DNA of 64,000 nucleotides from a virus (lineage: Duplodnaviria; Caudoviricetes), in IMG/VR virus record IMGVR_UViG_3300025073_000608, positions 1 through 64,000 of that record; one strand, given 5' to 3'. The notes below the pieces were generated by a model. The model was given only the letters and a program-made list of their open reading frames with translations, searched no databases and was not told the origin of the DNA. The position numbers and the translations under genes are program-made. This document shows positions 29,030-38,568 of the stretch, in pieces; the first letter of the stretch is position 1, and each line of letters begins with the position of its first letter.

Positions 29030-31723
29030 ATGGCAAGCGTAACCCTTTCAGATGGTCAAACATATTATCACGATAGTACTGCTTGTACTGGTCTTAATAA
29101 TGGGGAAACCTATACGATTAACGGAAACTCCACCTTAATAATAGACCAAGACTGGCAATGGTCATTATCTCACCCAAAATTTCCTGGACCAATAAACGTA
29201 AGCGATGGAAAATTTATTATAGACGGAACAAAAATTCGTAGTATTTTTTATACAGGACATAGCGGAGTTTTACCTTCCTCTGGTTCTGTATTAACAGGTT
29301 TATGGAGTAATGTTACTGGAGAAATCATATATACTGGTCATTATCAAAATTCTGGATTTTATTCAGGAGAATTAAAATGTAGAAGTTTAAGTGGACCGAT
29401 GATTACCAACGAACCCTTTGCTAATAATGATTTTTCTGGTTATTTAAGTGGAACAGATAGGGTAGGATGGATACTTTTGACTAAACATAGAGCAGATAAT
29501 TCGATTTCTCCTTCTTTATGGACAACTACATCTTTGGGCTCTTTAATCATATCTGGTGAGTGGTATGACTTGGGAACTGGCAACGGCCAAACAGGACAAA
29601 CATTTAGATATTTTATTGATAATTTTGTTCCTGCTGTTTGGGTAGAAACAGCTTCGGGTTCTGACGTTTATACTAGATATATTAATATCCATACTGCTAG
29701 AAATGTTTGGGATGTTATTCATTTAACAGGATTAAGTGAAAGATGGGGAAATTGGTGTTGGCAAGATACAGGAAGAGGTAATCCAGATAATCCTTCTTTG
29801 GGTTTTAGTTATAGCGGAAGTAGAGATATTATTTTTCCTTCTGTTTCGGGGGTGTTTATTCCTTCTGGGGCGAAAGTGAGAGTTCCGAATATTCATATTA
29901 GCGAATTCACAACGACTGGACGATATTCACCAACTGGATATTTCAGTTTTCTTCCCCTTGCGATGTCTACAAATAATAATATAGGAACTATGACCTCTAC
30001 TACTGCTGGAGGAGATGTCGTATTAAAAAGAATGTCTACAGTTAATTTTCTTTCATTAGTCCAAACAAACAACCTATATATAGAATCTATTGGTATAGAC
30101 GAAAGATTATCTATAGCCGATATCTCCGAGTCTTTAATTATAAAAGATTTGGCTTTGGGAAGTATAACCGGAGCTTGCCAAACGTATGCTATATCTATCT
30201 CTAATGTAAATTTATCATTTTTATTTTCTGGTTGGACTATCACAAATGCTTGTGAGAGTGTCGTTTCGAGTTCTTCTATATATCTAGGTTTTTTATCAAA
30301 TGGACAAATGGAAGATATAGATGTGTATGGGATAAGATTGGTTCCTGCTGGTGGTTATCATCATTTTCGACCAGAATATTGCGATAATGTTTCTTTTAAT
30401 AATATAAGATTATATGGTCATGATTTTTATATAACTACAACCAACTGTACCTTTTTAAATTTGACTTGTGCTACAGATATCACCGGCTCTGGCCATTTAA
30501 TATTACCATACAATAATGGTTATTGGCATAAACAAAGATATGCAATTAATATACTAAGTACTTCAGATTCGAATTTAATAGATGGGGTGACTATTCTTCC
30601 ACCATTTAGTCTTTATAAACCTATTATCTTTGGGGCCGCTAAGAATAATATTATTCAAAATGTGGGTTCTACTACTAACCCTGTCCCTTATACGTTGAAA
30701 GGTGATAGTGTTTTTATAAGTGGAACGTTGAGTTTGGCGTCTGCTGGAGTAAATGATAATCGTATTCAGAGACTATATTTAAGTGGAGGGGCTGGAACAT
30801 CATCTTCTTATTCGTATCTGTATTTGACCAATGACACTAATGGGGCGATTATCCAAAATGTTTATGAATTTGATACAGGGATAAATAGAACAAATACTGC
30901 GGGTAATCTAATGGGGACTTTACCAAAAAATTGTATTATTAGGGGTTGTTATTTTTCTGGGGCCACATTTCCTTTGCCGTCTACTAGTAATCCTTCTTAT
31001 AATTCTTCTTATTACGACTATTGGTTTAATGAACATTCTGGATTTATGAATGTTATGTTTTCTCCTGGAAGTAATATTACTGGTAATTTTAGAGGATTTT
31101 CTAACGGAATTATTTATTTTAACAATTCGGGTGATTATGCTGATTTTACTTGGTCCTATTATATTAAAGGATATACGGGATTTTATAGAACAGGAAATGT
31201 TTCCCCTATCAATCTTTCAACGCCGTCTGGAGTAGAAATTTTTTATGACATAGATAATAGTGGAACTGGTTTTTATGGAGAATGGAGAAATACCGGACAA
31301 ATAGAAAATGAAATACTAGACCCATATTTTGGATTTAAACCTAAATTCAGAATGATTTGTCGTGGACCAAATACACCCCAAACAAGATTTGTAATAACAG
31401 GACTAACTAATTGGGATTTAATAACTGGTAGTTTATATCCATTAAATTCTGTTAATACTTCTTTAGTTATTAATGGTCTTGAAACTGGGTCTGAAGTTAG
31501 AGTATATAAATCAAGTAATTTAAATTATATAGCTGGAATTGAATCGTCTGATACGTCTTTTACATATAATTACGTTTGGGAAGGGGAAGATATTTCGATA
31601 GATATAATAATAATGTCTTTAGGATATATTCCTATAAGATATAATAGCCAAACGTTAGGGGAAGATGGTTTATCCTTGTTTGTTCAACAAAAATTAGATA
31701 GAATTTATTTAAATCCTAATTAG
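29030..31723 (+). CDS. large virion protein with probable beta-helix region
   Basis: Central N/I/S-rich periodic strands (DNVSFNNIRL, NCTFLNL, NNIIQNV); C-terminal beta-sandwich-like GSEVRVY...DRIYLNP. Confidence 0.5.
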   Translation: MASVTLSDGQTYYHDSTACTGLNNGETYTINGNSTLIIDQDWQWSLSHPKFPGPINVSDGKFIIDGTKIRSIFYTGHSGVLPSSGSVLTGLWSNVTGEIIYTGHYQNSGFYSGELKCRSLSGPMITNEPFANNDFSGYLSGTDRVGWILLTKHRADNSISPSLWTTTSLGSLIISGEWYDLGTGNGQTGQTFRYFIDNFVPAVWVETASGSDVYTRYINIHTARNVWDVIHLTGLSERWGNWCWQDTGRGNPDNPSLGFSYSGSRDIIFPSVSGVFIPSGAKVRVPNIHISEFTTTGRYSPTGYFSFLPLAMSTNNNIGTMTSTTAGGDVVLKRMSTVNFLSLVQTNNLYIESIGIDERLSIADISESLIIKDLALGSITGACQTYAISISNVNLSFLFSGWTITNACESVVSSSSIYLGFLSNGQMEDIDVYGIRLVPAGGYHHFRPEYCDNVSFNNIRLYGHDFYITTTNCTFLNLTCATDITGSGHLILPYNNGYWHKQRYAINILSTSDSNLIDGVTILPPFSLYKPIIFGAAKNNIIQNVGSTTNPVPYTLKGDSVFISGTLSLASAGVNDNRIQRLYLSGGAGTSSSYSYLYLTNDTNGAIIQNVYEFDTGINRTNTAGNLMGTLPKNCIIRGCYFSGATFPLPSTSNPSYNSSYYDYWFNEHSGFMNVMFSPGSNITGNFRGFSNGIIYFNNSGDYADFTWSYYIKGYTGFYRTGNVSPINLSTPSGVEIFYDIDNSGTGFYGEWRNTGQIENEILDPYFGFKPKFRMICRGPNTPQTRFVITGLTNWDLITGSLYPLNSVNTSLVINGLETGSEVRVYKSSNLNYIAGIESSDTSFTYNYVWEGEDISIDIIIMSLGYIPIRYNSQTLGEDGLSLFVQQKLDRIYLNPN

Positions 31724-32088
31724 TAAGCAATAATTATAGTTAAATCTCTAATATAAAAAATATTTGGAGAATTATTTTTATCTGTAGCAACGACCCAATT
31801 TGGAAGATGTTCTATTGATATTATTTCTTCTTTTAAAATCAACCATGAAAAAGGCTCCTCTTTAAAATTAAAATATTCTTTTACTTTATCTGTAAGTTCC
31901 GGATAAGATAAAACATGAAAAGCAGACCCCATTATTCTTCTTCGTATGTTATCTAATTCTCTAATAATTAAATTATATTGTTGTTCTGGGTCGCGATGAG
32001 GTTCAAATGAGGGTAAGATTCTAAATATTTGTTGTCCAGATGACAATGGAGATAATCCCACAAGTTCATTTTCTGTGTAAATATTCAT
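31720..32088 (-). CDS. hypothetical protein in inverted orientation inside the structural module
   Basis: 122-aa ORF filling the whole gap; has its own GTGTAA motif on the - strand. Confidence 0.6.
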   Translation of the reverse strand: MNIYTENELVGLSPLSSGQQIFRILPSFEPHRDPEQQYNLIIRELDNIRRRIMGSAFHVLSYPELTDKVKEYFNFKEEPFSWLILKEEIISIEHLPNWVVATDKNNSPNIFYIRDLTIIIAY

Positions 32089-32103
32089 ATATTATTGATA
32101 CTA

Positions 32104-32139
32104 CTATTATTTTACACATGAAGAGGTGTAATCTCTAAA
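32104..32139. promoter_or_regulatory. back-to-back GTGTAA motifs (divergent)
   Basis: - strand GTGTAAAATAATAG starting at 32117; + strand GTGTAATCTCTAAA starting at 32126. Confidence 0.6.
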
Positions 32140-32149
32140 GGAAAATATT

Positions 32150-33499
32150 ATGGCTATTTTACAAGACCCAGATTTTCTCAACCAAGGAGTTGAGGTAACA
32201 ATTGATACTACAGGTAAACAGTTGATACTAAATACGTTAGGTAATCTCAGTAACGATGGGGTTACTCTTCAATGTTTGTATTCATGGTTAAAAGAAGAAT
32301 GGAAAAATGACAATACTTTAATTAAGTATGAATTTCCAATGGAGGCTATTACTAGCGAACAGTTCGAGTTAATTAACGGATGGAATTTTTCTGGAGCAGC
32401 GACAAAAAATCTTGTTAGAGAAGGCGGTTGGGCGTTAAGAAATACAACTGGCGTTGTCACAGAAGAATATATGAATATTACTACATTAGGTAGTTTTTAT
32501 TCAACGGGAGACACGGCTTATTATCAACAATCTTCTAGCGGACAAGCTATTGATACCGCTTTTTCTAATGTTGTAAATCAGCCAGTTCAAATTTATGGTT
32601 CTGGAGATTCAAGTTATCGTCGGGATTATTTTAAAATATTTCTTAGACAATCTGGGGAAACATATTCTAGTTATGATTTGCCAACAGAACAGAGTATTTC
32701 GGCATTAACGTATAGAAAATACGGTGTTCCTCTTGCTAACACTTCTGATATTAATATTACATATCCAGATTCCGTTATTGCTACTGGAGATAATTATACA
32801 GGTATTAGTGGTACATTTTATACTGGATATGTTTCTCGAACTATTGGTGCTTCTGGTTATAGATTTAATATTATTGTTGACGCTAAGGATAATGATTTAG
32901 ATTATGTATATGAGAAAAGTCAATATTTATTAAGACAAAATGTTAACATTAATTCTGGATGGAATATAGAAGCGAGTACGGGTTTATACACTGGAAAGTT
33001 AACAAGAAGGTTAATGTCATTTGTTGGGGATATTTTGACTTGTGCTTCGGGGGTATTTATCGACAATGTCCCATCTACTGATATTAATAATGTTTCTTTT
33101 ATGGATATCTCAGGTGTGGAAAGAACTTTTCCATATGTTTCCGCTGGGACTATTACCTTTGGAACAAATTTAATTAATGATTTATCTTCAAAATATTGGG
33201 TATTTTTTACGTCTGTTCCTTCTGGTGATTTTGGTTCTAGTGGGGCTGTAATAGTTAAAGATAATGATTCTGTAGATATTAGTGGATTAATTAATGGTCA
33301 ATCATCTGTAAGTTTTAGTTTTGATTATGATGGAAATGTTCAAGGAGGAAGAACCGCAGAAGCAAATGCTGCTGTTACAGCAATAGGTATTGGATTGTCG
33401 GGAGCCCAATATGTTTCTTCTACAGCCACCATTGTAAGAAGTTCTTCTAACGCTATTTCTTTGTCAGCGGCCAAAGAAAGAAATTATTTAAATACATAA
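32150..33499 (+). CDS. virion structural protein
   Basis: SD AAGGA; LYSWLKEEW motif resembles LYSDWKEW of the next gene; SG/TG-rich; ends ERNYLN. Confidence 0.55.
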   Translation: MAILQDPDFLNQGVEVTIDTTGKQLILNTLGNLSNDGVTLQCLYSWLKEEWKNDNTLIKYEFPMEAITSEQFELINGWNFSGAATKNLVREGGWALRNTTGVVTEEYMNITTLGSFYSTGDTAYYQQSSSGQAIDTAFSNVVNQPVQIYGSGDSSYRRDYFKIFLRQSGETYSSYDLPTEQSISALTYRKYGVPLANTSDINITYPDSVIATGDNYTGISGTFYTGYVSRTIGASGYRFNIIVDAKDNDLDYVYEKSQYLLRQNVNINSGWNIEASTGLYTGKLTRRLMSFVGDILTCASGVFIDNVPSTDINNVSFMDISGVERTFPYVSAGTITFGTNLINDLSSKYWVFFTSVPSGDFGSSGAVIVKDNDSVDISGLINGQSSVSFSFDYDGNVQGGRTAEANAAVTAIGIGLSGAQYVSSTATIVRSSSNAISLSAAKERNYLNT

Positions 33500-33511
33500 T
33501 TTTAAAAATTT

Positions 33512-33943
33512 ATGGCTTTTACTTTCGATGGTAATAATAAAAGGGTTTATTTACCAAGCGGGGTTAATACTTTGTCGGTGCAAGGTTTATATTCCGACTG
33601 GAAAGAATGGGTTTTGTCTGGAGATAATAGTAAATATTTGCCGACTTTTTCTACTGTGGGGGGTGACCCAATTTCTGATGTGGTTTCTGTGGGTCGCTAT
33701 TTTTTTATATTAAACGATTGGAAAATAAAACCATACGAATCTGGTCATGTTTTGGCTGTAGATGGTAATTTATTTGTAGACGGCGGTAGCGGGAATCCTT
33801 TTGTTCAGACTAGTGGAAATTTCAATGTTTTAATTAATCTTTCTACTTCTAATCAGGCAGTATTAGTTCAGGGTGGTGGAGAAACGGCAGCTCTTACCAG
33901 AATTGAACGAAAAGTAGATGATATAACAGCTTTAGTTCTATAA
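33512..33943 (+). CDS. small virion structural protein
   Basis: FTFDG...LYSDWKEW...GGDPI. Confidence 0.55.
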   Translation: MAFTFDGNNKRVYLPSGVNTLSVQGLYSDWKEWVLSGDNSKYLPTFSTVGGDPISDVVSVGRYFFILNDWKIKPYESGHVLAVDGNLFVDGGSGNPFVQTSGNFNVLINLSTSNQAVLVQGGGETAALTRIERKVDDITALVL

Positions 33944-33945
33944 TG

Positions 33946-33959
33946 GTGTAAATTAATAT
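33946..33959 (+). promoter_or_regulatory. GTGTAA-type candidate late promoter (leaderless class)
   Basis: GTGTAAATTAATAT 14 nt before ATG 33960. Confidence 0.65.
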
Positions 33960-34451
33960 ATGAAAATTGTTGATGTCGCAAACGAAATATACCTTGATGC
34001 TGGAAGTCCCACTTCAACTAGTATCCCAGCCATTGCTTCTTGGATTCGCGGTAAGGTTGGAGCCATTAATAATTTATTATATGAGTCTTTTTATGTAGAT
34101 GATGGGTCATTTGAAATACTAGGGGAAAGTGGTGAAGAAATATCTGTTGAAGCTGTTTCGATTATTAAACAAATGTATAGAATCTACGATTATGAGATTC
34201 AAATACGGACTAATATGAATGCCCTAGCGACTGATTCTATTTTAAGGGTTGAAGACCAGGGCTCTAGCGTGACGAAGGTTAACAGAAACGAAATAAGCAA
34301 AACTTTAGCAACTGTTAGAAGAGACGAAATAGCGGCGTTAGATTTATTAATTACCGCTTATAGAAGTCGAAGTTCTCCTCCATCGCAAGTGGCAGGAGAC
34401 GATACCGTTGTTGGAATTTATCCTTCTACAAGATATTATATTAGGGATTAG
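33960..34451 (+). CDS. putative head-tail adaptor
   Basis: Helical 163 aa; first of four small genes before the tail tube (synteny). Confidence 0.5.
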   Translation: MKIVDVANEIYLDAGSPTSTSIPAIASWIRGKVGAINNLLYESFYVDDGSFEILGESGEEISVEAVSIIKQMYRIYDYEIQIRTNMNALATDSILRVEDQGSSVTKVNRNEISKTLATVRRDEIAALDLLITAYRSRSSPPSQVAGDDTVVGIYPSTRYYIRD

Positions 34452-34453
34452 TT

Positions 34454-34897
34454 ATGGCAAGTTTAATTTCTTCAACTGAAAGAGCCCTTTTAACGGGAAT
34501 TTTTAATGATATTTTTGATACATTTTGTCGAAATATTGTTATTGTTAAATCCCCAAGTAAAACTCCTGTTGCTAGTCTATCTTCTTCTAACTTATTTGGT
34601 TTTGGAGAAAGTCAGGTAGAAGAACAGTATACATATACGCCAGTATCAGGAATCTATCCTGCTGTTATTTATTATGATAAGTCGTCTAACGCCGAATTAA
34701 ATCCAGAAATCGTATCCCATATTTTTGCTGATAAAGTAAAGATTAAAGTAAGAGAAAACGCACGAGCTTATATTCAAGATGGGGAAACTCAACATATTAT
34801 TGTCGATGGGCGAACGTTTTTATTAGATAGCGATGAAAGAAAACAATCATTTTTAGATAGTGCCTATTATGTCTTTTCGTTGGTTAATACTCATTAA
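34454..34897 (+). CDS. putative head closure / stopper protein
   Basis: Beta-rich 147 aa with IIVDGRTF; synteny. Confidence 0.5.
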   Translation: MASLISSTERALLTGIFNDIFDTFCRNIVIVKSPSKTPVASLSSSNLFGFGESQVEEQYTYTPVSGIYPAVIYYDKSSNAELNPEIVSHIFADKVKIKVRENARAYIQDGETQHIIVDGRTFLLDSDERKQSFLDSAYYVFSLVNTH

Positions 34898-34899
34898 AT

Positions 34900-35508
34900 A
34901 TGAAAATTTCTATTTCTATAAACCAACAAAGTATTCAAGACAAGATTAAAAAAACTTTACTCTCTACAAAAGTCGAAAAGTTGGCCTATAATCGTGCTTA
35001 TGGTCAGTTTTATAGAGCCAAAAGTTCTTTATTAACCGAATTTGATTATCACCCAGTTACAGCGGAATTATTAATGGGACCAAAAGGTATTAATTTGACT
35101 AATTCTTTGGATGGATACGGAAATTTATTCTCTTTTATTGGTTTTAAACAGGGAGATAAACCAACAGATAATTTAAAACAATACCTATCTCAAAGCATTA
35201 GATTCGTTAAGACATCTTATATAAATGGAAATTACTATTTTCGAGTCTCTGTACCAACTTTAAAAGACGTTCATGATGTTACACCAATGCCATGGGAAGA
35301 TGGCTCTACAAGCTGGGTAGAGGCCGTAGAAGATGGTCTGGATAGCGCACCACAATATATGTTTAAGCAATGGCAAAAAAGTCGTTCTTCTATGGGGTTA
35401 CAATTACCTGGAGATATTGAGAATAATGAAGATTTACAACAATCTCCCGTTAAATATATGAGCGAATTATTAAATAACTTTAGAAATAGAATAAATAGCC
35501 AAAGATAA
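34900..35508 (+). CDS. putative neck / tail completion protein
   Basis: Synteny between stopper and tail terminator. Confidence 0.4.
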   Translation: MKISISINQQSIQDKIKKTLLSTKVEKLAYNRAYGQFYRAKSSLLTEFDYHPVTAELLMGPKGINLTNSLDGYGNLFSFIGFKQGDKPTDNLKQYLSQSIRFVKTSYINGNYYFRVSVPTLKDVHDVTPMPWEDGSTSWVEAVEDGLDSAPQYMFKQWQKSRSSMGLQLPGDIENNEDLQQSPVKYMSELLNNFRNRINSQR

Positions 35509-35514
35509 TGAGAT

Positions 35515-36348
35515 ATGATTGCCCAATTAGATAATAAAGTAATTAGTAGTTTTTTATTATTCGTAGACCACTCTTTACAGTCTACTGGGCAAGCTTTTTT
35601 TAATACTTCTGGGCTTTTTTATCAGGTTCCAAGTAATATAGCTAATACTTATTGTTATGCTTCTACTTATAAATCGTTATGTAATGATAAATCGGTAACG
35701 GGGGTAACTGTTTTGTCAGGTATTTATTTAAATAATGTGCCTATTTCAATTGGTCAAAGTGGATATCAAGGCATTAATCATTATCAAGGAATGCTTTATT
35801 TTACAGGGGCTTTACCTGCTGGAACAGTAGTCAGTGGAGACTTTGGGGTTAAAGAATTTTCAGTACAATTAACCGATAAACCCGAGTGGAAGTTGTTGTT
35901 TGATACAAAATATGTTTCTAATAATTCATCTCCATCTTCGGTAACGGGATTAGATATTGAGGTTAAAACGAGCCCGATTGTATTTATTAAACCTAAAATT
36001 CAGGATTCTAGACCCTTTGCCCTTGGTGGAATGGATAATAGTCAGATAAGACTAAGAGCTATTATTGTCGCCGATAACGAATATCAAAAAATTGCCGCAT
36101 CTTGTGTATTAAAAAATCTAAACTATAGATTTCTACCTATAGCATTATCGACACCATTTTCTCCGCTAGGAACATTAACTGGAACAAATTTCTATCATTA
36201 TAATAATTTAGCGTTTGATTCCATTTACCAACCAATGATTTTAAGTGTAAAAGTAATTGATATACCACAGGATGGTAATTTTAAAAATATCAACAGGAAT
36301 ATGGCTATGGTAGATTTTGATATCTCCGTACTCATAAGACATTGGTAA
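35515..36348 (+). CDS. putative tail terminator protein
   Basis: Directly precedes the tail tube; C-terminal VDFDISV strand. Confidence 0.45.
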   Translation: MIAQLDNKVISSFLLFVDHSLQSTGQAFFNTSGLFYQVPSNIANTYCYASTYKSLCNDKSVTGVTVLSGIYLNNVPISIGQSGYQGINHYQGMLYFTGALPAGTVVSGDFGVKEFSVQLTDKPEWKLLFDTKYVSNNSSPSSVTGLDIEVKTSPIVFIKPKIQDSRPFALGGMDNSQIRLRAIIVADNEYQKIAASCVLKNLNYRFLPIALSTPFSPLGTLTGTNFYHYNNLAFDSIYQPMILSVKVIDIPQDGNFKNINRNMAMVDFDISVLIRHW

Positions 36349-36409
36349 ATTGATATTTCACAAACATCCAAAAAAACTGTATATTATCTTAGACTAAAAA
36401 GGAAAATTT

Positions 36410-37300
36410 ATGCCAGCCAGAATTTTATATGTTGGACAACAAGTAGCAATTTCACCCTACAACACTGGGGTTTCCATAACTCGTTATTTACCAGTTCAAT
36501 CTGCCAGTTGTGAAGTCACTCGACCAATTGAAGATATTCTTTCTTTCGGAAGATTAGGTTCATTGGGCCGTATCCAAAATAGCGTAAGTACTTGCCGAGC
36601 TGATATTAAAACCTATCTTCCTCTTTCCACGGGGGTAGGTCTTATTGATGACTCTTCTCGAACGAACATTCTTGACACGTTGTTAATTCAAACTCTTACG
36701 GGAGAAGCTTTGAATGGACAGGTTTCAACCATAGCCGTTACTCCTAATGGGTTCTATATGTCTGGTATTTTAACTAATATCGGTGTAGAAATTTCTAATG
36801 GGGCTTTCGCTACCGCTTCCCTTTCTTTTGCCGGTGTTGGTGAACCAACGTTTTCTTCCGCCCCAACTGGTGTTGGATTTACCCAACAAACAAACATGCC
36901 TGCTACATTTACTCCTGTCGTATCTAATTATGTATCTGGAGCAGTAAATACTGGATGTGCCAATAGTTTTAGATTTAGTCTTGACCTTCCAAATGAAACG
37001 ATTTCATGTCTTGGGGGTAAAACATCGGGAACTCAACAACAAGTAGCTTCAAGTTTTTCTATGGTTGCTAAACCTCCATTTAAAGCATCTATCAGTGTAG
37101 AGGGAACGTCTGTTGATACTCCTTCTGCTGCGTCTGGTGCCGCCGTATTTACTGTCGGGCGATTAAGTATTCAATTACCTCAAGGGGCAGTTGTTTCTAA
37201 ATCGTTTAATAACGCCGTTGGTAACGTTGGAGCAAGCTACTCTTATTCATTGGAAGACGTTTCTGCCAACTTTAGTGATTTTGGATTGGCTTATCCATAA
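36410..37300 (+). CDS. major tail tube protein
   Basis: VQSASCEVTRPIEDILSFGRLG pattern, SD AAGGA, followed by a terminator, upstream of chaperones and TMP. Confidence 0.75.
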   Translation: MPARILYVGQQVAISPYNTGVSITRYLPVQSASCEVTRPIEDILSFGRLGSLGRIQNSVSTCRADIKTYLPLSTGVGLIDDSSRTNILDTLLIQTLTGEALNGQVSTIAVTPNGFYMSGILTNIGVEISNGAFATASLSFAGVGEPTFSSAPTGVGFTQQTNMPATFTPVVSNYVSGAVNTGCANSFRFSLDLPNETISCLGGKTSGTQQQVASSFSMVAKPPFKASISVEGTSVDTPSAASGAAVFTVGRLSIQLPQGAVVSKSFNNAVGNVGASYSYSLEDVSANFSDFGLAYP

Positions 37301-37324
37301 TTTTAGTCTTTCCGTTAAAGTTAC

Positions 37325-37350
37325 AAACCCCGAGAAATCGGGGTTTTTTT
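37325..37350 (+). terminator. rho-independent terminator after tail tube
   Basis: AAACCCCGA-gaaa-TCGGGGTTT followed by TTTT. Confidence 0.88.
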
Positions 37351-37363
37351 GTGTATATTAAGG
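37351..37363 (+). promoter_or_regulatory. GTGTA(T)-variant candidate late promoter
   Basis: GTGTATATTAAGG immediately after the terminator, 26 nt before ATG 37377. Confidence 0.55.
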
Positions 37364-37376
37364 TAAGGAAAAAGGT

Positions 37377-37730
37377 ATGCAACCGGAAAATGATTTAATT
37401 ACAATACAAGTTCACAAAGAAATTACTCATCTTTATAAAACTTTCTTAGAGCTTTTAGAAGATGTTCGTAACCAACATAATATAATGCTTCAAAAAGTGG
37501 AAAAATCAGTCGGTCCAGAAATAACAGAGCAGGTTAATTTTTTTACTGTTGAATATTATGACCAATTAAGAAAAAGAGTTTTAGATAATGGTAACGATTG
37601 TCAAAGACAACTCCTTTCATTTTTAGATTTTTTTAATTTTCAAATAGACGCTAAAAAAGTAGAAACTATTGCTTCTTCTAAAAAAGTAATTAAAAAATTT
37701 GTAACATCTCAACCGATAGAGATACCATAA
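37377..37730 (+). CDS. hypothetical protein
   Basis: 117-aa helical ORF with SD. Confidence 0.55.
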   Translation: MQPENDLITIQVHKEITHLYKTFLELLEDVRNQHNIMLQKVEKSVGPEITEQVNFFTVEYYDQLRKRVLDNGNDCQRQLLSFLDFFNFQIDAKKVETIASSKKVIKKFVTSQPIEIP

Positions 37731-37746
37731 TTAGGCAAAAGGTATT

Positions 37747-38568
37747 ATGAAAGACATGAAATTTTTATTCGAAACAACTATTAGTAAATTAATAGAAAAC
37801 CCCACTATTGAAAAAACTGTTGACGCCAACGGAAATAAAATAGAAATTAAAAGAATCCTCAAAAAGCTTCAACCAATTAAAGTTGCCATCCTTAAACCTG
37901 ACAGACGTTTATTTAAAGCCGCAGAAATTTTTTATTCTAAAACCCTTGCTGATTATTTAAAGGCGGGGCTATTACCTTATTCATTAGTATCTAAGCGTTA
38001 TGCTAATGATGGTGGGCCGCTTTCAGAGACAGAAAAAGTAAGAATCGAGACTTTAAAGGCTCAAGCTATTAAATTAGAACAAGAGTTCTTCGCTAAAACG
38101 GGTCCAGATGCCGATGGAAATACTGAGTCAAAAAACGAACTTCTTGTTCAAATTAATAAAATCAACTCGGAATTGGGGCAAATTCAAAGTGCTTATTCTG
38201 ATATTTTTGAAAGCACCGCTGAGATGAAGGCTCGTAACGATACGTTAGAATGGTGGTCTTTACAATTGAGTCTTATTCAAGAAAATAGTAAAGAATATAA
38301 ACCTCTTTTCGGAGAGGGAAGTTTCGACGAAAAAATGTCTAAATTAGATGAATTTGATGAGATGAATGATGGCTTTTATTCAGAAGTAATTCGACGCCTC
38401 TCATTTTTAGTTAGTTTTTGGTTTACAGCTCGAAATACAACCATTTCCACTACTGATTTTTCTAATGTCGAAAAGTTATATTTAGAAACATCTAATAATT
38501 ATAATCCTGTGGAAGACCCAGACCCACAACCATTAATTACCGAAACCCCAGCTAATGTCAGCACTTAA
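37747..38568 (+). CDS. putative tail assembly chaperone 1
   Basis: Between tube and TMP; helical, charged. Confidence 0.5.
   Translation: MKDMKFLFETTISKLIENPTIEKTVDANGNKIEIKRILKKLQPIKVAILKPDRRLFKAAEIFYSKTLADYLKAGLLPYSLVSKRYANDGGPLSETEKVRIETLKAQAIKLEQEFFAKTGPDADGNTESKNELLVQINKINSELGQIQSAYSDIFESTAEMKARNDTLEWWSLQLSLIQENSKEYKPLFGEGSFDEKMSKLDEFDEMNDGFYSEVIRRLSFLVSFWFTARNTTISTTDFSNVEKLYLETSNNYNPVEDPDPQPLITETPANVST

Noticed and set aside
32075-32085. Additional + strand GTGTAAATATT motif
   Set aside because: It lies inside the first codons of the - strand gene and 75 nt from the next + strand ATG, which already has a closer motif, so it may be chance
38520-38568. Programmed -1 frameshift joining the two tail assembly chaperones (lambda G/GT style)
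   Set aside because: The second ORF is in the +1 frame with its own ATG, has an in-frame stop shortly upstream, and no XXXYYYZ heptamer is visible in the overlap
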